Shown here: in pieces, positions 9,325-18,487 of the stretch
Position numbering within the stretch: position 1 is the first letter of the stretch
Layout of the letters: every line of letters begins with the position of its first letter
Sequence record: MN850621.1
Source of the DNA: Escherichia phage dhabil
Strand: one strand, 5' to 3'
Length of the DNA stretch: 64,000 nt
Translations under genes and position numbers: made by a program
Notes under the pieces: model-generated
What the model was told of the DNA's origin: nothing
The model's input: the letters and a program-made list of their open reading frames with translations, nothing else
Databases searched by the model: none

Positions 9325-9353
9325 TCATATCACACTTTTAATCTGTTGTAAAC
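9325..9353 (-). promoter_or_regulatory. sigma70-like early promoter
   Basis: Minus GTTTAC (9348-9353), N17, TGaTATGAT extended -10 (9325-9330). Confidence 0.5.
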
Positions 9354-9375
9354 CCCGAAAAGGGCCCGTAGGCCC
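9352..9375 (-). terminator. intrinsic terminator
   Basis: Stem GGGCC/GGCCC 9362-9375 followed on minus strand by TTTTCGGGG. Confidence 0.5.
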
Positions 9376-9575
9376 TTAATTATTCAATTTTGTAGACTTG
9401 ACCTCGAACTTGATAAAATTCGCCTTCCCAGGTTTCTACCATAATGGTCACATACTCTGCGAACAAAGGTCTCTTCTCGGCCCAGAGGTATCCAAATTCA
9501 CCGGTGGCTAGCGTTATCCAGTACTTTCTCATAAAGTCTCCTAATTGTATGGCACTCATGTACCATACATATTTA

Positions 9576-11393
9576 TTACGACATCCAGGCCTTACGGAGT
9601 TGAGGGTCGTTCCCGAGGAGCATTTCGAACTGTTCTTTCCAATCTTCAGGCAATTGAACTACATCAAATTTAGGGTCTTGAATCATTCGACGGTATTCAG
9701 CTTTCTCAAGAGAACCTAAACCTTTAATATATCGAATAGAATGTTTCGGTAGAGAGTCCTTGGCTTTGGTATAACTAGGAACATCATAAAACCATTCTTG
9801 TTCTTTACCGACCTGGGCAATAATCACCGGAGTTTTACAGAATCTCACTCGACCTTGTTCGAACAATTCAGGCCATTGACTAAAGAAGGCTAGCAATGAT
9901 GGATAAATCGAACCAGTACCATCCACATCAGCATCGGTCATAATGGCGATATTACGATAGTTGGTTTTATCTGCAGGTTCGCCAATAACCAATCCAGTGA
10001 TTGCACAGATATCAAATAGTTCCTTATTCTTCATGATATCTGTTGCTGTCATTCCCCAGGTATTCATAACCTTACCACGTAATGGATAACCACCTTGAAG
10101 GTCTTTATTACGGACTTCAATGAAAGGACCCATAGCGGAATCACCTTCAGTCAAGAACAGGGTTGTATCGGCATCTTTACCGTATAAGTTAGCTTTAATA
10201 TGCTTATGGACCTTGGCTTTAGAAGCTTTCTTAGCAGCTTTAGTTTCAGCAGCCTTTTCAGCTGCTAATTTACGTGCTAAAGCAGCTTCGACGATAGGCA
10301 TAATAAGCCCTTCGTTTTTAAGAATATACTGTGAGATTTTCTTTGCATCAATTTGAATATGATTACGAATTTCACCGAATGGTGACGTCAAACGCTCTTT
10401 AGTCTGGGAATCAAAACGCATATTACTCATATCACGAATGAACATTACCATCGTAAGGCATTCTTTAACACGAGCCTTTGTTACTTCAATTCCACGATAT
10501 TTCTTTTTAATACCAGGCAGAAGGTGCTCACAAATATCATCGAATACACATTCAACGTGGTGACCACCATTCTTAGTGTGGATATTGTTTACATAAGTCA
10601 GTTGACGGAAACCATCTGGAGATGTAGTAAATGCCATTGAGACATTATCGGTTTCTTGAATTACTACATCTTTACCAAATTGATTAGCATACTTTTTAAA
10701 GTTACCATCTACTTTTTTACCATTAAAAGTAAATTGGATACTAGGATAAATTACAGCTAGGGTTTTAAGACGATCTAAAGTAATATCCAGATAAATTTGG
10801 GTCAAACTATTTTCTTCGAAATGGTTAAAGTCTGGAGTGAATATAACCGAAGTGCCTTTATCTTTGGATTTCTTAGTAGTCCAACCTTTGTTTTCCATTC
10901 CGTTAGAACAGTTAACAGTAATCTCATTCTCACCATCAGAGGTGATGCCTGTGAACAAAACGGAGAAGATATTAGTTAAACTACTACCGACACCATTCAT
11001 GCCACCTGTCTTACGCTCTGCGTCATCTCCAAAGTTACCACCAGCCTTTGGAATAGTCCATGCAGCTACAGGACCTGGAATTTGTTCACCGTTTTGGTCA
11101 GTAACCATTGCTTGTGGAATACCACGGCCATTATCAGAAACTGAAACCTGATTATTCTTAATTCGGACATCAATTTTGTTTGCGAATTTAAAATTAGTAC
11201 GAATAGCTTCATCGACAGAGTTATCAATGATTTCATCAATTAATTTAACTAGCCCTGGAACATAGTTCACCTGTGTAAAATTACCGAACAGGAATCGACC
11301 ATGGGCTTCATTAGCACTAGAGCCAATATACATCCCACTACGTTTTTTGATATGTTCAATGTCGGACAGTACTTTAATTTCATTCTTAATCAT
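9576..11393 (-). CDS. 39: DNA topoisomerase II large subunit (GyrB-like ATPase), continuous 39+60 ORF
   Basis: 605 aa, ATG at 11391-11393; GHKL ATPase plus TOPRIM region; length equals the sum of T4 gp39 and gp60, with no interruption. Confidence 0.9.
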   Translation of the reverse strand: MIKNEIKVLSDIEHIKKRSGMYIGSSANEAHGRFLFGNFTQVNYVPGLVKLIDEIIDNSVDEAIRTNFKFANKIDVRIKNNQVSVSDNGRGIPQAMVTDQNGEQIPGPVAAWTIPKAGGNFGDDAERKTGGMNGVGSSLTNIFSVLFTGITSDGENEITVNCSNGMENKGWTTKKSKDKGTSVIFTPDFNHFEENSLTQIYLDITLDRLKTLAVIYPSIQFTFNGKKVDGNFKKYANQFGKDVVIQETDNVSMAFTTSPDGFRQLTYVNNIHTKNGGHHVECVFDDICEHLLPGIKKKYRGIEVTKARVKECLTMVMFIRDMSNMRFDSQTKERLTSPFGEIRNHIQIDAKKISQYILKNEGLIMPIVEAALARKLAAEKAAETKAAKKASKAKVHKHIKANLYGKDADTTLFLTEGDSAMGPFIEVRNKDLQGGYPLRGKVMNTWGMTATDIMKNKELFDICAITGLVIGEPADKTNYRNIAIMTDADVDGTGSIYPSLLAFFSQWPELFEQGRVRFCKTPVIIAQVGKEQEWFYDVPSYTKAKDSLPKHSIRYIKGLGSLEKAEYRRMIQDPKFDVVQLPEDWKEQFEMLLGNDPQLRKAWMS

Positions 11394-11417
11394 GTTATTT
11401 CCTCATGTAGTAGGAGA

Positions 11418-11442
11418 ATATTATCCCATTTCACTTAAAGCA
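11418..11442 (-). promoter_or_regulatory. MotA-dependent middle promoter for gene 39
   Basis: Minus ttTATGCTTTA (MotA box TGCTTTA, plus 11436-11442), 12 bp, TAATAT (11418-11423), then SD GAGGAAA and ATG. Confidence 0.55.
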
Positions 11443-11459
11443 TAAAAGGGCCGAAGCCC
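11441..11459 (-). terminator. intrinsic terminator, UUCG loop
   Basis: Stem GGGC/GCCC 11448-11459 with loop cgaa, followed on minus strand by TTTTAT. Confidence 0.5.
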
Positions 11460-11720
11460 TTAATCAAATCGGATGGTCGACTTTTTAAAGAATAACCCAG
11501 AACAAACTGTTCCTTCAACCCTTTTACCTGTCGGACCTACAGCAATAAAGCCTGTACGTTGGAAATCATCTTCAGAACAGCCAAATAGGTTGTATCCTGT
11601 GATTTGGATTTGTTTGTAGCCATTTGCATCCAATACACGGGCGGCATTATCGGCATCAGTACAACCAACCAACGAAACTGCTAGTACCAGAGCTGCAATA
11701 GAACGATTAACGTATTTCAT
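11460..11720 (-). CDS. putative lipoprotein, 86 aa
   Basis: Signal peptide with lipobox LVGC near the N-terminus. Confidence 0.5.
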   Translation of the reverse strand: MKYVNRSIAALVLAVSLVGCTDADNAARVLDANGYKQIQITGYNLFGCSEDDFQRTGFIAVGPTGKRVEGTVCSGLFFKKSTIRFD

Positions 11721-11904
11721 AATTTCTCACTTAGTCAGCAGGTCGTAAAAACCGCCATTAACATGTTTAGGGGCCGAGACTAACCGAACAGCCAGCCGAT
11801 GGCAATCAGGACAAACATCGTTATCTCTTTCAGAGATTTTCTTGATTTTTTCGTATTCTTTTGCACAGTCTTCAGATTGGCATTTGTAATCATAAAGTGG
11901 CATG

Positions 11905-12342
11905 TTATTCCTTAAAGTGTGCTTTCAGCATCTGGTAAACGGTCCAGGCTTCAGAGTTATTAGAGATAGTGATTTTAGTCAAAGGGAAATCACTCGGTTC
12001 ATATGGGGCTGCATCTTCAGACTGGTCTTCGTCTTCAGAGAAACCATCTTCGGCCCATTCGTCTTCACTGTCAACTACAACCATTTCCGTAAAGAATTTA
12101 CGCTCGCTTGGATATAAAACCATATCAATGTTATCGCCATAAGCCAAGTCTGCATTAAATACATATCCAGCCGATACTCTAACAGGGCAAAAACCTTCAG
12201 AATTGACAATAATATCTGCTATAGAAGAATTATCAGGATTTCTAATATTATGGGAATTCAGCTTACGGAATTCAGCTTCTGCCGCGTCATCTTTAAAATA
12301 GTACCATTTACCTTTTTCAAATTCGAGTTCTTGATTAAGCAT
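11905..12342 (-). CDS. hypothetical acidic protein, 145 aa
   Basis: ORF-track start 12435 overlaps the upstream gene; moved to ATG 12340-12342 with SD GGAAGGAAA. Confidence 0.4.
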   Translation of the reverse strand: MLNQELEFEKGKWYYFKDDAAEAEFRKLNSHNIRNPDNSSIADIIVNSEGFCPVRVSAGYVFNADLAYGDNIDMVLYPSERKFFTEMVVVDSEDEWAEDGFSEDEDQSEDAAPYEPSDFPLTKITISNNSEAWTVYQMLKAHFKE

Positions 12343-12553
12343 TGTAAGTTTCCTTCCAGAAGTCGGTGCCTTCAGCAGTGATTTCACGGAACACTGCATA
12401 GATAGGGTTTTTATCGCCTTGATTTTCGTATACATAAACCGACGATAAATGAGAAAACGTATCAGAATGTTCCTTTTGAACCACGATTAAATCAGGGTTG
12501 AACAGAACGTCTTCAAATTCTTCACGAGTCGAGTTCACAGTAACTTTAGCCAT
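12335..12553 (-). CDS. hypothetical protein, 72 aa
   Basis: ATG at 12551-12553. Confidence 0.45.
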   Translation of the reverse strand: MAKVTVNSTREEFEDVLFNPDLIVVQKEHSDTFSHLSSVYVYENQGDKNPIYAVFREITAEGTDFWKETYNA

Positions 12554-12572
12554 TTTATTTTCCTCTCATTTG

Positions 12573-12613
12573 TTGATAAGGTAATAGTATCACTACCCTA
12601 CCGTATTGTATAC
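12573..12613 (-). promoter_or_regulatory. promoter cassette variant with degenerate -35
   Basis: Core TTGATAAGGTAATAGTATCA with TACTAT -10; -35 is GTATAC at N18. Confidence 0.35.
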
Positions 12614-12626
12614 TGTTTTTTTAAAC

Positions 12627-13190
12627 TTATGCACGATGAATATTAGCATACTCGACAATAAAGCTTTCAGGAACCACCTTAAAAGTTCCAAGGAACACGA
12701 TGTTATAAAGCTTAACGCCTTCTTCAACCCACTGGTCTGTGATGTAACCGGACATGCTGGTGGTTTCATAAGTACCGAAAAGTTCGTCATCGTATTCAAA
12801 CGGCTTAGGGGAAACGAAAAAGACACCTTGACCTAATTCCCATTTAAAATCAACACCCACATGAGACTGGTCGATAGTTTCAACGTCTTGAGCTACTACG
12901 CCACGGATATCATTGCTTTCACATACATACCCATCATGGGATTCAACTTCTTCAACCACTGGGGTATGAACAAGTTCAGGAACTATTGGACGCGCTTTCC
13001 AGCCCTTAGAAATCAAAGTGACATAGCGTTCTTTAACATAACCTACAGTTGAAGAAACGAAACCACTGGAACGAAATGCCTGGACTTTAACAAGACCACG
13101 AGAGAAATTGAATCCAATAATAATACATTTTTTACCAGCAACTTTAGATTTAGAATCTTCGGAAACCGATACGATATCACCAATTTTCAT
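12627..13190 (-). CDS. hypothetical protein, 187 aa; paralog of 13268-13816
   Basis: C-terminal motif GYITDQWVEEGVKLYNIVFLGTFKVVP shared with the next gene (WVTDQWIEDGVELLNVVHAGDFSVVP). Confidence 0.5.
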   Translation of the reverse strand: MKIGDIVSVSEDSKSKVAGKKCIIIGFNFSRGLVKVQAFRSSGFVSSTVGYVKERYVTLISKGWKARPIVPELVHTPVVEEVESHDGYVCESNDIRGVVAQDVETIDQSHVGVDFKWELGQGVFFVSPKPFEYDDELFGTYETTSMSGYITDQWVEEGVKLYNIVFLGTFKVVPESFIVEYANIHRA

Positions 13191-13230
13191 AATATTACCT
13201 TTTGTTTAGGAATTAGGTTTATTCTCCATA

Positions 13231-13265
13231 AGAGCCATTATAACATGGCTCTCGATAAAGTAAAC
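13231..13265 (-). promoter_or_regulatory. early promoter with flanking inverted repeat
   Basis: Minus GTTTAC (13260-13265), N17, TATAAT (13237-13242); arms agagccat/atggctct. Confidence 0.55.
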
Positions 13266-13267
13266 TA

Positions 13268-13816
13268 TTAATTCAATACATTAACCACTGCACTACGAGG
13301 TACTACGCTAAAATCACCAGCATGTACAACGTTCAGCAGCTCAACACCATCTTCAATCCACTGGTCTGTTACCCAACCACAGATAGGATTATCAAAAGGA
13401 CGACGGATAGCCACAGCAGCACACAACAGGTCGGTAGGGCCTTGTTCTTCAACTTCTTGGAACAGGATGAACTCATCTTCATAAACCAGGTTTTTCTCTA
13501 TTTTGTTATTATCTAACCGGCGACCGTGGATGACGTAAGATTTGTCAAACCACTCACTTTTGGCGAATTCTTCAACAATAAATTCGCCTTCGCCAAAAAC
13601 ATAAGTCAGAGTTTTATAACCGGAAATCAGGGCCTTAGTTTTAAATTCAGGTTCAACCAGTTTGTAGGTTTTGCCGATTTCGATAGTCTGAGTAGTCATA
13701 GTGGGTTCCTTAATTTCCAATGGTTTAATAGGGGCTACATAAGTGCTTAAAACATCAAAATCAATCAATTTGGCCGCCGGGTTCGGTGTGTATTTGGGAT
13801 TATAATTAAATTTCAT
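13268..13816 (-). CDS. hypothetical protein, 182 aa; paralog of 12627-13190
   Basis: ATG at 13814-13816; shared C-terminal domain with the downstream gene. Confidence 0.5.
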   Translation of the reverse strand: MKFNYNPKYTPNPAAKLIDFDVLSTYVAPIKPLEIKEPTMTTQTIEIGKTYKLVEPEFKTKALISGYKTLTYVFGEGEFIVEEFAKSEWFDKSYVIHGRRLDNNKIEKNLVYEDEFILFQEVEEQGPTDLLCAAVAIRRPFDNPICGWVTDQWIEDGVELLNVVHAGDFSVVPRSAVVNVLN

Positions 13817-13818
13817 AA

Positions 13819-14322
13819 TTATCTCATTTCAATAAAATCTACGAGTTCAGCATGGGATTTGCGGAACATTACTTGGCGGTCACCAATGACTACCTCATCT
13901 TCAGGTATTTCGTAAACAGCAAGATAGAATCCTTTAGAAGATAATTCTTCGCGCTCTTCACGAGTGAACCAGCGCATCATATCATACTCGCTGGCAAAAG
14001 CAAAATGGTAGAGGTTAACAAACCAACCCGGAATATAATCGTCACAGTCTTCATAATCAGGTCGTTTCCACTTAGTTCTAATGGCTTTATTAGAATTTTC
14101 TACCAACAACTTATCTTGACTTGGTAGTGGGATATTTTTATTAATGCTATGATGATGTCTAAAAATAGGTCTGTCCAAACCTACTTCCAATAACCAGCCT
14201 TCACTCCATGAGTCTGTTGTACTTCTATACGGGGTCATTTGAGTACAGAGGTCTCGTCGTATTGTGATAGCGTTTCCATCATCTAAGATACTGAACGATG
14301 ACTCAACTCGATAAATTTTCAT
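13819..14322 (-). CDS. hypothetical protein, 167 aa
   Basis: ATG at 14320-14322 with SD GAGGAG. Confidence 0.45.
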   Translation of the reverse strand: MKIYRVESSFSILDDGNAITIRRDLCTQMTPYRSTTDSWSEGWLLEVGLDRPIFRHHHSINKNIPLPSQDKLLVENSNKAIRTKWKRPDYEDCDDYIPGWFVNLYHFAFASEYDMMRWFTREEREELSSKGFYLAVYEIPEDEVVIGDRQVMFRKSHAELVDFIEMR

Positions 14323-14329
14323 TTTGTTC

Positions 14330-14378
14330 TCCTCATGTTGATAGGGTAGATAATATCATGTCATGAGGAGAAGTAAAC
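14330..14378 (-). promoter_or_regulatory. promoter cassette with RBS-pairing stem
   Basis: Minus GTTTAC (14373-14378), N17, TATTAT; arms tcctcatg / catgagga. Confidence 0.55.
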
Positions 14379-14382
14379 ACTT

Positions 14383-15057
14383 TTATCGATTTTTTACACT
14401 TAATGGGTCTGGATTCTCAGGAACATCTTCTAGGTTTAAAGCATATCGTTGGGCATATTTCAGCATCAAGATATCCTTAGCACAGTCATGGATAGAGTCA
14501 TGAGCAACAAAACCATTCAATGTTCCGTTAGGCAGAGGGCACATGCTCAATCCTCGCGTCAGTGAATACGCTTCAATAGCTGTACGGATATCACGTTGGT
14601 TCCAGAATTTAACCGGTTCCAACTTGGTGGTATCGATTTCGTTCTCAGGAACACCTTCAGAACGATAAGCATCGCGAATAAGGTCCACTAAGATTGGAAA
14701 GTCAAAGGACATTCCGCGACACCACATCTGGGATTTCCATTGGTCCACTTCGTTTTTACGACAGTATTCCAGGAAATTACCAAGGCCGATAGAAGTAGTC
14801 ACATCAATTTCGGACGGAGCCAGGTTTTTACGTGCTTCAGGTCCTTGTTCTTTCCACCACTGCAATGTGCTTTTAGAGAACAGACGTTTATCACGTTGAG
14901 AAGCCAAATCGAATTTAATACGAAGGCCGCGTTGAGTAAGCTCTTCAAAAGATTCTACTACCTCTGGATTAGGGTCATAAGCAATTACGGCGAGGTCAAT
15001 AACTGCTGCATTTTGGGTAGTGGCAAAGGTTTCAAAGTCAATAATTATATCTTTCAT
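14383..15057 (-). CDS. dexA: exonuclease A (DnaQ-like 3'-5' exonuclease)
   Basis: 224 aa; N-terminal IIIDFETF acidic exonuclease motif; size and position as T4 dexA. Confidence 0.75.
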   Translation of the reverse strand: MKDIIIDFETFATTQNAAVIDLAVIAYDPNPEVVESFEELTQRGLRIKFDLASQRDKRLFSKSTLQWWKEQGPEARKNLAPSEIDVTTSIGLGNFLEYCRKNEVDQWKSQMWCRGMSFDFPILVDLIRDAYRSEGVPENEIDTTKLEPVKFWNQRDIRTAIEAYSLTRGLSMCPLPNGTLNGFVAHDSIHDCAKDILMLKYAQRYALNLEDVPENPDPLSVKNR

Positions 15058-15344
15058 TTAACGTACCTCATAAGGTCTCGGATTTGGCCAACAGTATAGT
15101 CTTCAATATAAACCGAAGAGATATTGTCATCCATCAGTTTTTGCACTGCAATAAAATCGCTTTCAATCTCTTTAAGTGAATGCAAGACCTTATGAGCCTT
15201 GCCACGGATATTTGTATCGTCTGGGTCGACCTTAATAATATATTCCGTCTCGAATTTCAACTTATAAAATTGGTCTTTAGTTACTTTAATCATATTTTCC
15301 TCAAACATAATAGGCATCAGTACGAGCACGGGTAATACTAACAT
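15054..15344 (-). CDS. hypothetical protein, 96 aa
   Basis: ATG at 15342-15344; between dexA and dda. Confidence 0.45.
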   Translation of the reverse strand: MLVLPVLVLMPIMFEENMIKVTKDQFYKLKFETEYIIKVDPDDTNIRGKAHKVLHSLKEIESDFIAVQKLMDDNISSVYIEDYTVGQIRDLMRYVK

Positions 15345-16632
15345 AAGCCAGCTGTGAAGCTAAATTCGCATCAGCCATGTGCATACACGGAGTATAGATG
15401 AAACTGTTTTGGACAGTAAGGCCCTGTGATTTATGAACAGTGCTCACCGGAAGAGCTCTAACCTTAGTGAACATTCGCTTGGCTTTCCAGAAATCAGCCC
15501 ACTTAGGTTTCTTACCGGTTCCACGCATAGCCTTGTACTCAGTAGCCACCTTAGCCAAGAAATAATGGAACTTCTCAACTGAAGCCTCATCAATAACTTT
15601 CAAGTGTTCTACATAGTACTCGTCATCCTCATCAATAGATTCAACCTGGAGGTCCCAGTAATTAATCATCTGGCGAGTGCCTACATCCTTGGCAGACAAG
15701 AACAATGAGGTATGGTTCACATCTAAAATACGAACCATTTGCCCGTTATTAAAAATGGTTTCAGAGAATTTCTTACCGTCGTATTCAAGCTCCTTCATAA
15801 AAGGCTCTTGCATCACGAGGATTTCACCCTTGATATAAGGCGCATCGGTTTCATAAAGCTTTTTACGAATAATGCTATTCAGCTTTTCAACCGATTTATT
15901 CGTATAAGCAAACATCCGGTTCTCAAACAAGGCATCGGCATCTTTTACGATGGAAAAATAATTCATCATAAAATCTTTTAAGGCTGTTTGAGATTTGAAA
16001 CCATGGACACCATGGCCTTCGAATATACAATCTCGGAACCATCCACCATTACGGATTTCAGTAGCAACCTCAATGATAGGAGCATTACTACGCATTACTT
16101 CAGTAAGGTGTAGCTGTTTAATTTTAGGGTGGGTAAAGAATGGAGACAACTGAGGACTACCATCACTTCCAGGTTCTACTGGCTGTAACTGAGCTCGGTC
16201 GCCAATCCCTAGTACAGTGCACCATGGTGGAACCGATGCTTCGATAATCTTAAACAACTTACCGTCAATCATTGAGCCTTCGTCGACCACAAGAACATTA
16301 CATTTGCTCAAGTCAGGAGCTTCACGCTGTTCAAAAATATCCTGGTCTTCGTATGTAGTCGGGTTAATCTTTAAGATTCGGTGGATTGTCGATGCTTCTT
16401 GGCCTGCGAGTTTCGACAATACCTTCTTGGCCGCGTGTGTGGGTGCGGTCAAAATAACTCCGAGTTCGCCATTCTTGACTAAGTGGTCAAGAATAAATTT
16501 AGTAAGGGTCGTTTTACCTGTACCGGCAGGACCATTCAATGTAATCCATTCGCCCTTACGTCGTTTAATAGCTTCAATGATTTCTTTAAAGGCCGTCCTC
16601 TGGCCGATGTTCAAGTCTTCAAATGTAATCAT
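15301..16632 (-). CDS. dda: Dda SF1 DNA helicase
   Basis: 443 aa; Walker A GPAGTGKTT; N-terminus collinear with T4 Dda as recalled. Confidence 0.9.
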   Translation of the reverse strand: MITFEDLNIGQRTAFKEIIEAIKRRKGEWITLNGPAGTGKTTLTKFILDHLVKNGELGVILTAPTHAAKKVLSKLAGQEASTIHRILKINPTTYEDQDIFEQREAPDLSKCNVLVVDEGSMIDGKLFKIIEASVPPWCTVLGIGDRAQLQPVEPGSDGSPQLSPFFTHPKIKQLHLTEVMRSNAPIIEVATEIRNGGWFRDCIFEGHGVHGFKSQTALKDFMMNYFSIVKDADALFENRMFAYTNKSVEKLNSIIRKKLYETDAPYIKGEILVMQEPFMKELEYDGKKFSETIFNNGQMVRILDVNHTSLFLSAKDVGTRQMINYWDLQVESIDEDDEYYVEHLKVIDEASVEKFHYFLAKVATEYKAMRGTGKKPKWADFWKAKRMFTKVRALPVSTVHKSQGLTVQNSFIYTPCMHMADANLASQLAYVSITRARTDAYYV

Positions 16633-16925
16633 GCCAATTTTACTCGCTTAACATATAAAGTGTCTAAAACTAATTTCAATTCTCGTGCATGTTCTTCAGT
16701 CGGAAAAACAGTTTTTGTTTCCCACTTATCAAACCACCATTTTCTAGGTGTGCATACTGTTTCAATACGTCCCATGCGTAAATATCGGTTTGTAGTATAT
16801 GAATAGTTGGCAAGTTCATATTCTGCGCCCGCTTTTGTGGTGTATAAGGTCACCTTTCCGTCATATTCTAGCGGATGTTCGTACCCATCTTTGTCTTTGT
16901 GAACTAATACGTATGCATAGTACAT
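16629..16925 (-). CDS. hypothetical protein, 98 aa
   Basis: ORF-track start is GTG at 16928; ATG at 16923-16925 chosen. Confidence 0.4.
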   Translation of the reverse strand: MYYAYVLVHKDKDGYEHPLEYDGKVTLYTTKAGAEYELANYSYTTNRYLRMGRIETVCTPRKWWFDKWETKTVFPTEEHARELKLVLDTLYVKRVKLA

Positions 16926-16929
16926 CACG

Positions 16930-17679
16930 TTAACCTCTAATCAGTGAAAAAATTGAAGCATTCAATGGAAGACCTTTTTTCAACTTCAATTTGTCAATAA
17001 AAGAAAGGTGTTCTAAACGCTCCAGACCTTGAATAATTTTATCATACATATCGTAACGCGTTTCTGCTTCAGACAATTTAAACTTGACACGCCAATCAGG
17101 CCCACCAATTAAAGATTTAAGACCTTTTTCCATAGTACCGATTGAAGCGTTAGAACCGTGGATACGGGCCTTAACTGCGATAACAGAAGGAGTCTTATCA
17201 GTAGCTCCTGATTTAATAAGGTCTTTAAGACGTTTTTCACGTTTTTTAAGACCTCTTTGGGTATCTTTTATATTTTTAACGATTTTACGGATTTTATAAT
17301 AGTTATCAGGAGTAACTTTAAAACTATTAGGCATTTTAGAACTACCTGAAATACGAACTGCTAAACGAGTCTGAGCACGTTTCAGTTCATCAAGGGACAA
17401 ATCGGCACGTAAGCTGTTATACTTAACTTTAACTGGGATTACATTACCCTCAATATAGCCGATATCGTTGTTAAAACGTTCAAATGAAATCTTGTCATTA
17501 ACTGAATTTTCATCAAAGTACTCGCCCGAATAAGCGCACACTTTTTGTTCGAGAAGTCTACGAACATACTTACTAGACAGATTGAAGTCCTTACCGCGTT
17601 TACAAGCAGAAGCTTTGGTGTGTTTGCGGCGGTTGTAAACCTTTAACTCAAATTCATCGTTAGTTTTAATAGTAGGCAT
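16930..17679 (-). CDS. hypothetical basic protein, 249 aa, at the position of T4 srd
   Basis: ATG at 17677-17679; Lys/Arg-rich C-terminal half; assignment by position and size only. Confidence 0.4.
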   Translation of the reverse strand: MPTIKTNDEFELKVYNRRKHTKASACKRGKDFNLSSKYVRRLLEQKVCAYSGEYFDENSVNDKISFERFNNDIGYIEGNVIPVKVKYNSLRADLSLDELKRAQTRLAVRISGSSKMPNSFKVTPDNYYKIRKIVKNIKDTQRGLKKREKRLKDLIKSGATDKTPSVIAVKARIHGSNASIGTMEKGLKSLIGGPDWRVKFKLSEAETRYDMYDKIIQGLERLEHLSFIDKLKLKKGLPLNASIFSLIRG

Positions 17680-17708
17680 GATATTTTTCTCATCTTACGG
17701 ACGATTAG

Positions 17709-17748
17709 TTGATAGGTCTATAGTATCATGTTGCTTAATAAAGTAAAC
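17709..17748 (-). promoter_or_regulatory. T4-early-type promoter cassette
   Basis: Exact core TTGATAGGTCTATAGTATCA; minus GTTTAC (17743-17748), N17, TACTAT. Confidence 0.6.
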
Positions 17749-17817
17749 ACTTTTTTGCTTTAAATTTTCGACGGTATAATGAATCAAGGACTTTGCCTTT
17801 CAATTAAACCGGGTGGT

Positions 17818-18432
17818 TCAGTAAGAAAGAACGGAAAGATTCCATAATGTATAATCTTGCCATCCACAAACTCTCTCAATAGAGTCTACGCGTAGCGTAG
17901 TTCCCGCAGGGAACATCATCTCATCTTCATCGTTTACTAATTGCAAGTTTGAAGTACGAGTTATTTCTGGATATGGCCCGTTGAACTCTTCGGGAGGAGC
18001 GCCACAAATCATTTTAAAGATTGCTTCCTGGTAATCAAATGCAAAAGGTGCATCATTAATACAGAAAATATTTTTGGTTCCGTAAAAATTATATGAAGCA
18101 AAGTTACGGGCCACCTTAAAATCTTTAGAGAAGCTCATTACTCTGTCAAATTCAATTGTGGCACCAACACATCCTACCGATTCGAGGTATTTCAAAGTTT
18201 TCTTAGAAATTCCACGGTACAGTTTGTCAGGCACTACAGAAGTTAGATTCTTACGAATGATTTTGTTCAAAGTTTCTTGGATAGAATCAGGTTTATTTTC
18301 CATGCACTGCCAGAGGACACTCTGTTCTAAATCAGAGTACTGCCCGTCTATTTCACCCTGAATGTTTTCACGGAAATCATCACATTTAACATTGTCATAG
18401 AACTCTGATAATTTATGATTTGGATATAACAT
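17818..18432 (-). CDS. modA: ModA-like ADP-ribosyltransferase
   Basis: 204 aa; R-S-E pattern (LYRGIS, SFSKD, DEDEMMF); paralog of the adjacent gene; position as T4 modA. Confidence 0.55.
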   Translation of the reverse strand: MLYPNHKLSEFYDNVKCDDFRENIQGEIDGQYSDLEQSVLWQCMENKPDSIQETLNKIIRKNLTSVVPDKLYRGISKKTLKYLESVGCVGATIEFDRVMSFSKDFKVARNFASYNFYGTKNIFCINDAPFAFDYQEAIFKMICGAPPEEFNGPYPEITRTSNLQLVNDEDEMMFPAGTTLRVDSIERVCGWQDYTLWNLSVLSY

Positions 18433-18446
18433 ATTATTCTCCTCAG

Positions 18447-18487
18447 TTGATAGAAAGATAGTACCACAAGCATCCTTGCCTGTAAAC
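18447..18487 (-). promoter_or_regulatory. T4-early-type promoter cassette variant
   Basis: Minus GTTTAC (18482-18487), TACTAT (18457-18462), spacer about 19. Confidence 0.4.

Noticed and set aside
16930-17679. Possible HNH homing endonuclease in the 249-aa protein (CAYSGEYFD...FERFNNDIGYIEGNV)
   Set aside because: The pattern loosely resembles an HNH motif but lacks the catalytic His-His/His-Asn residues; no intron or intein context; kept as hypothetical.
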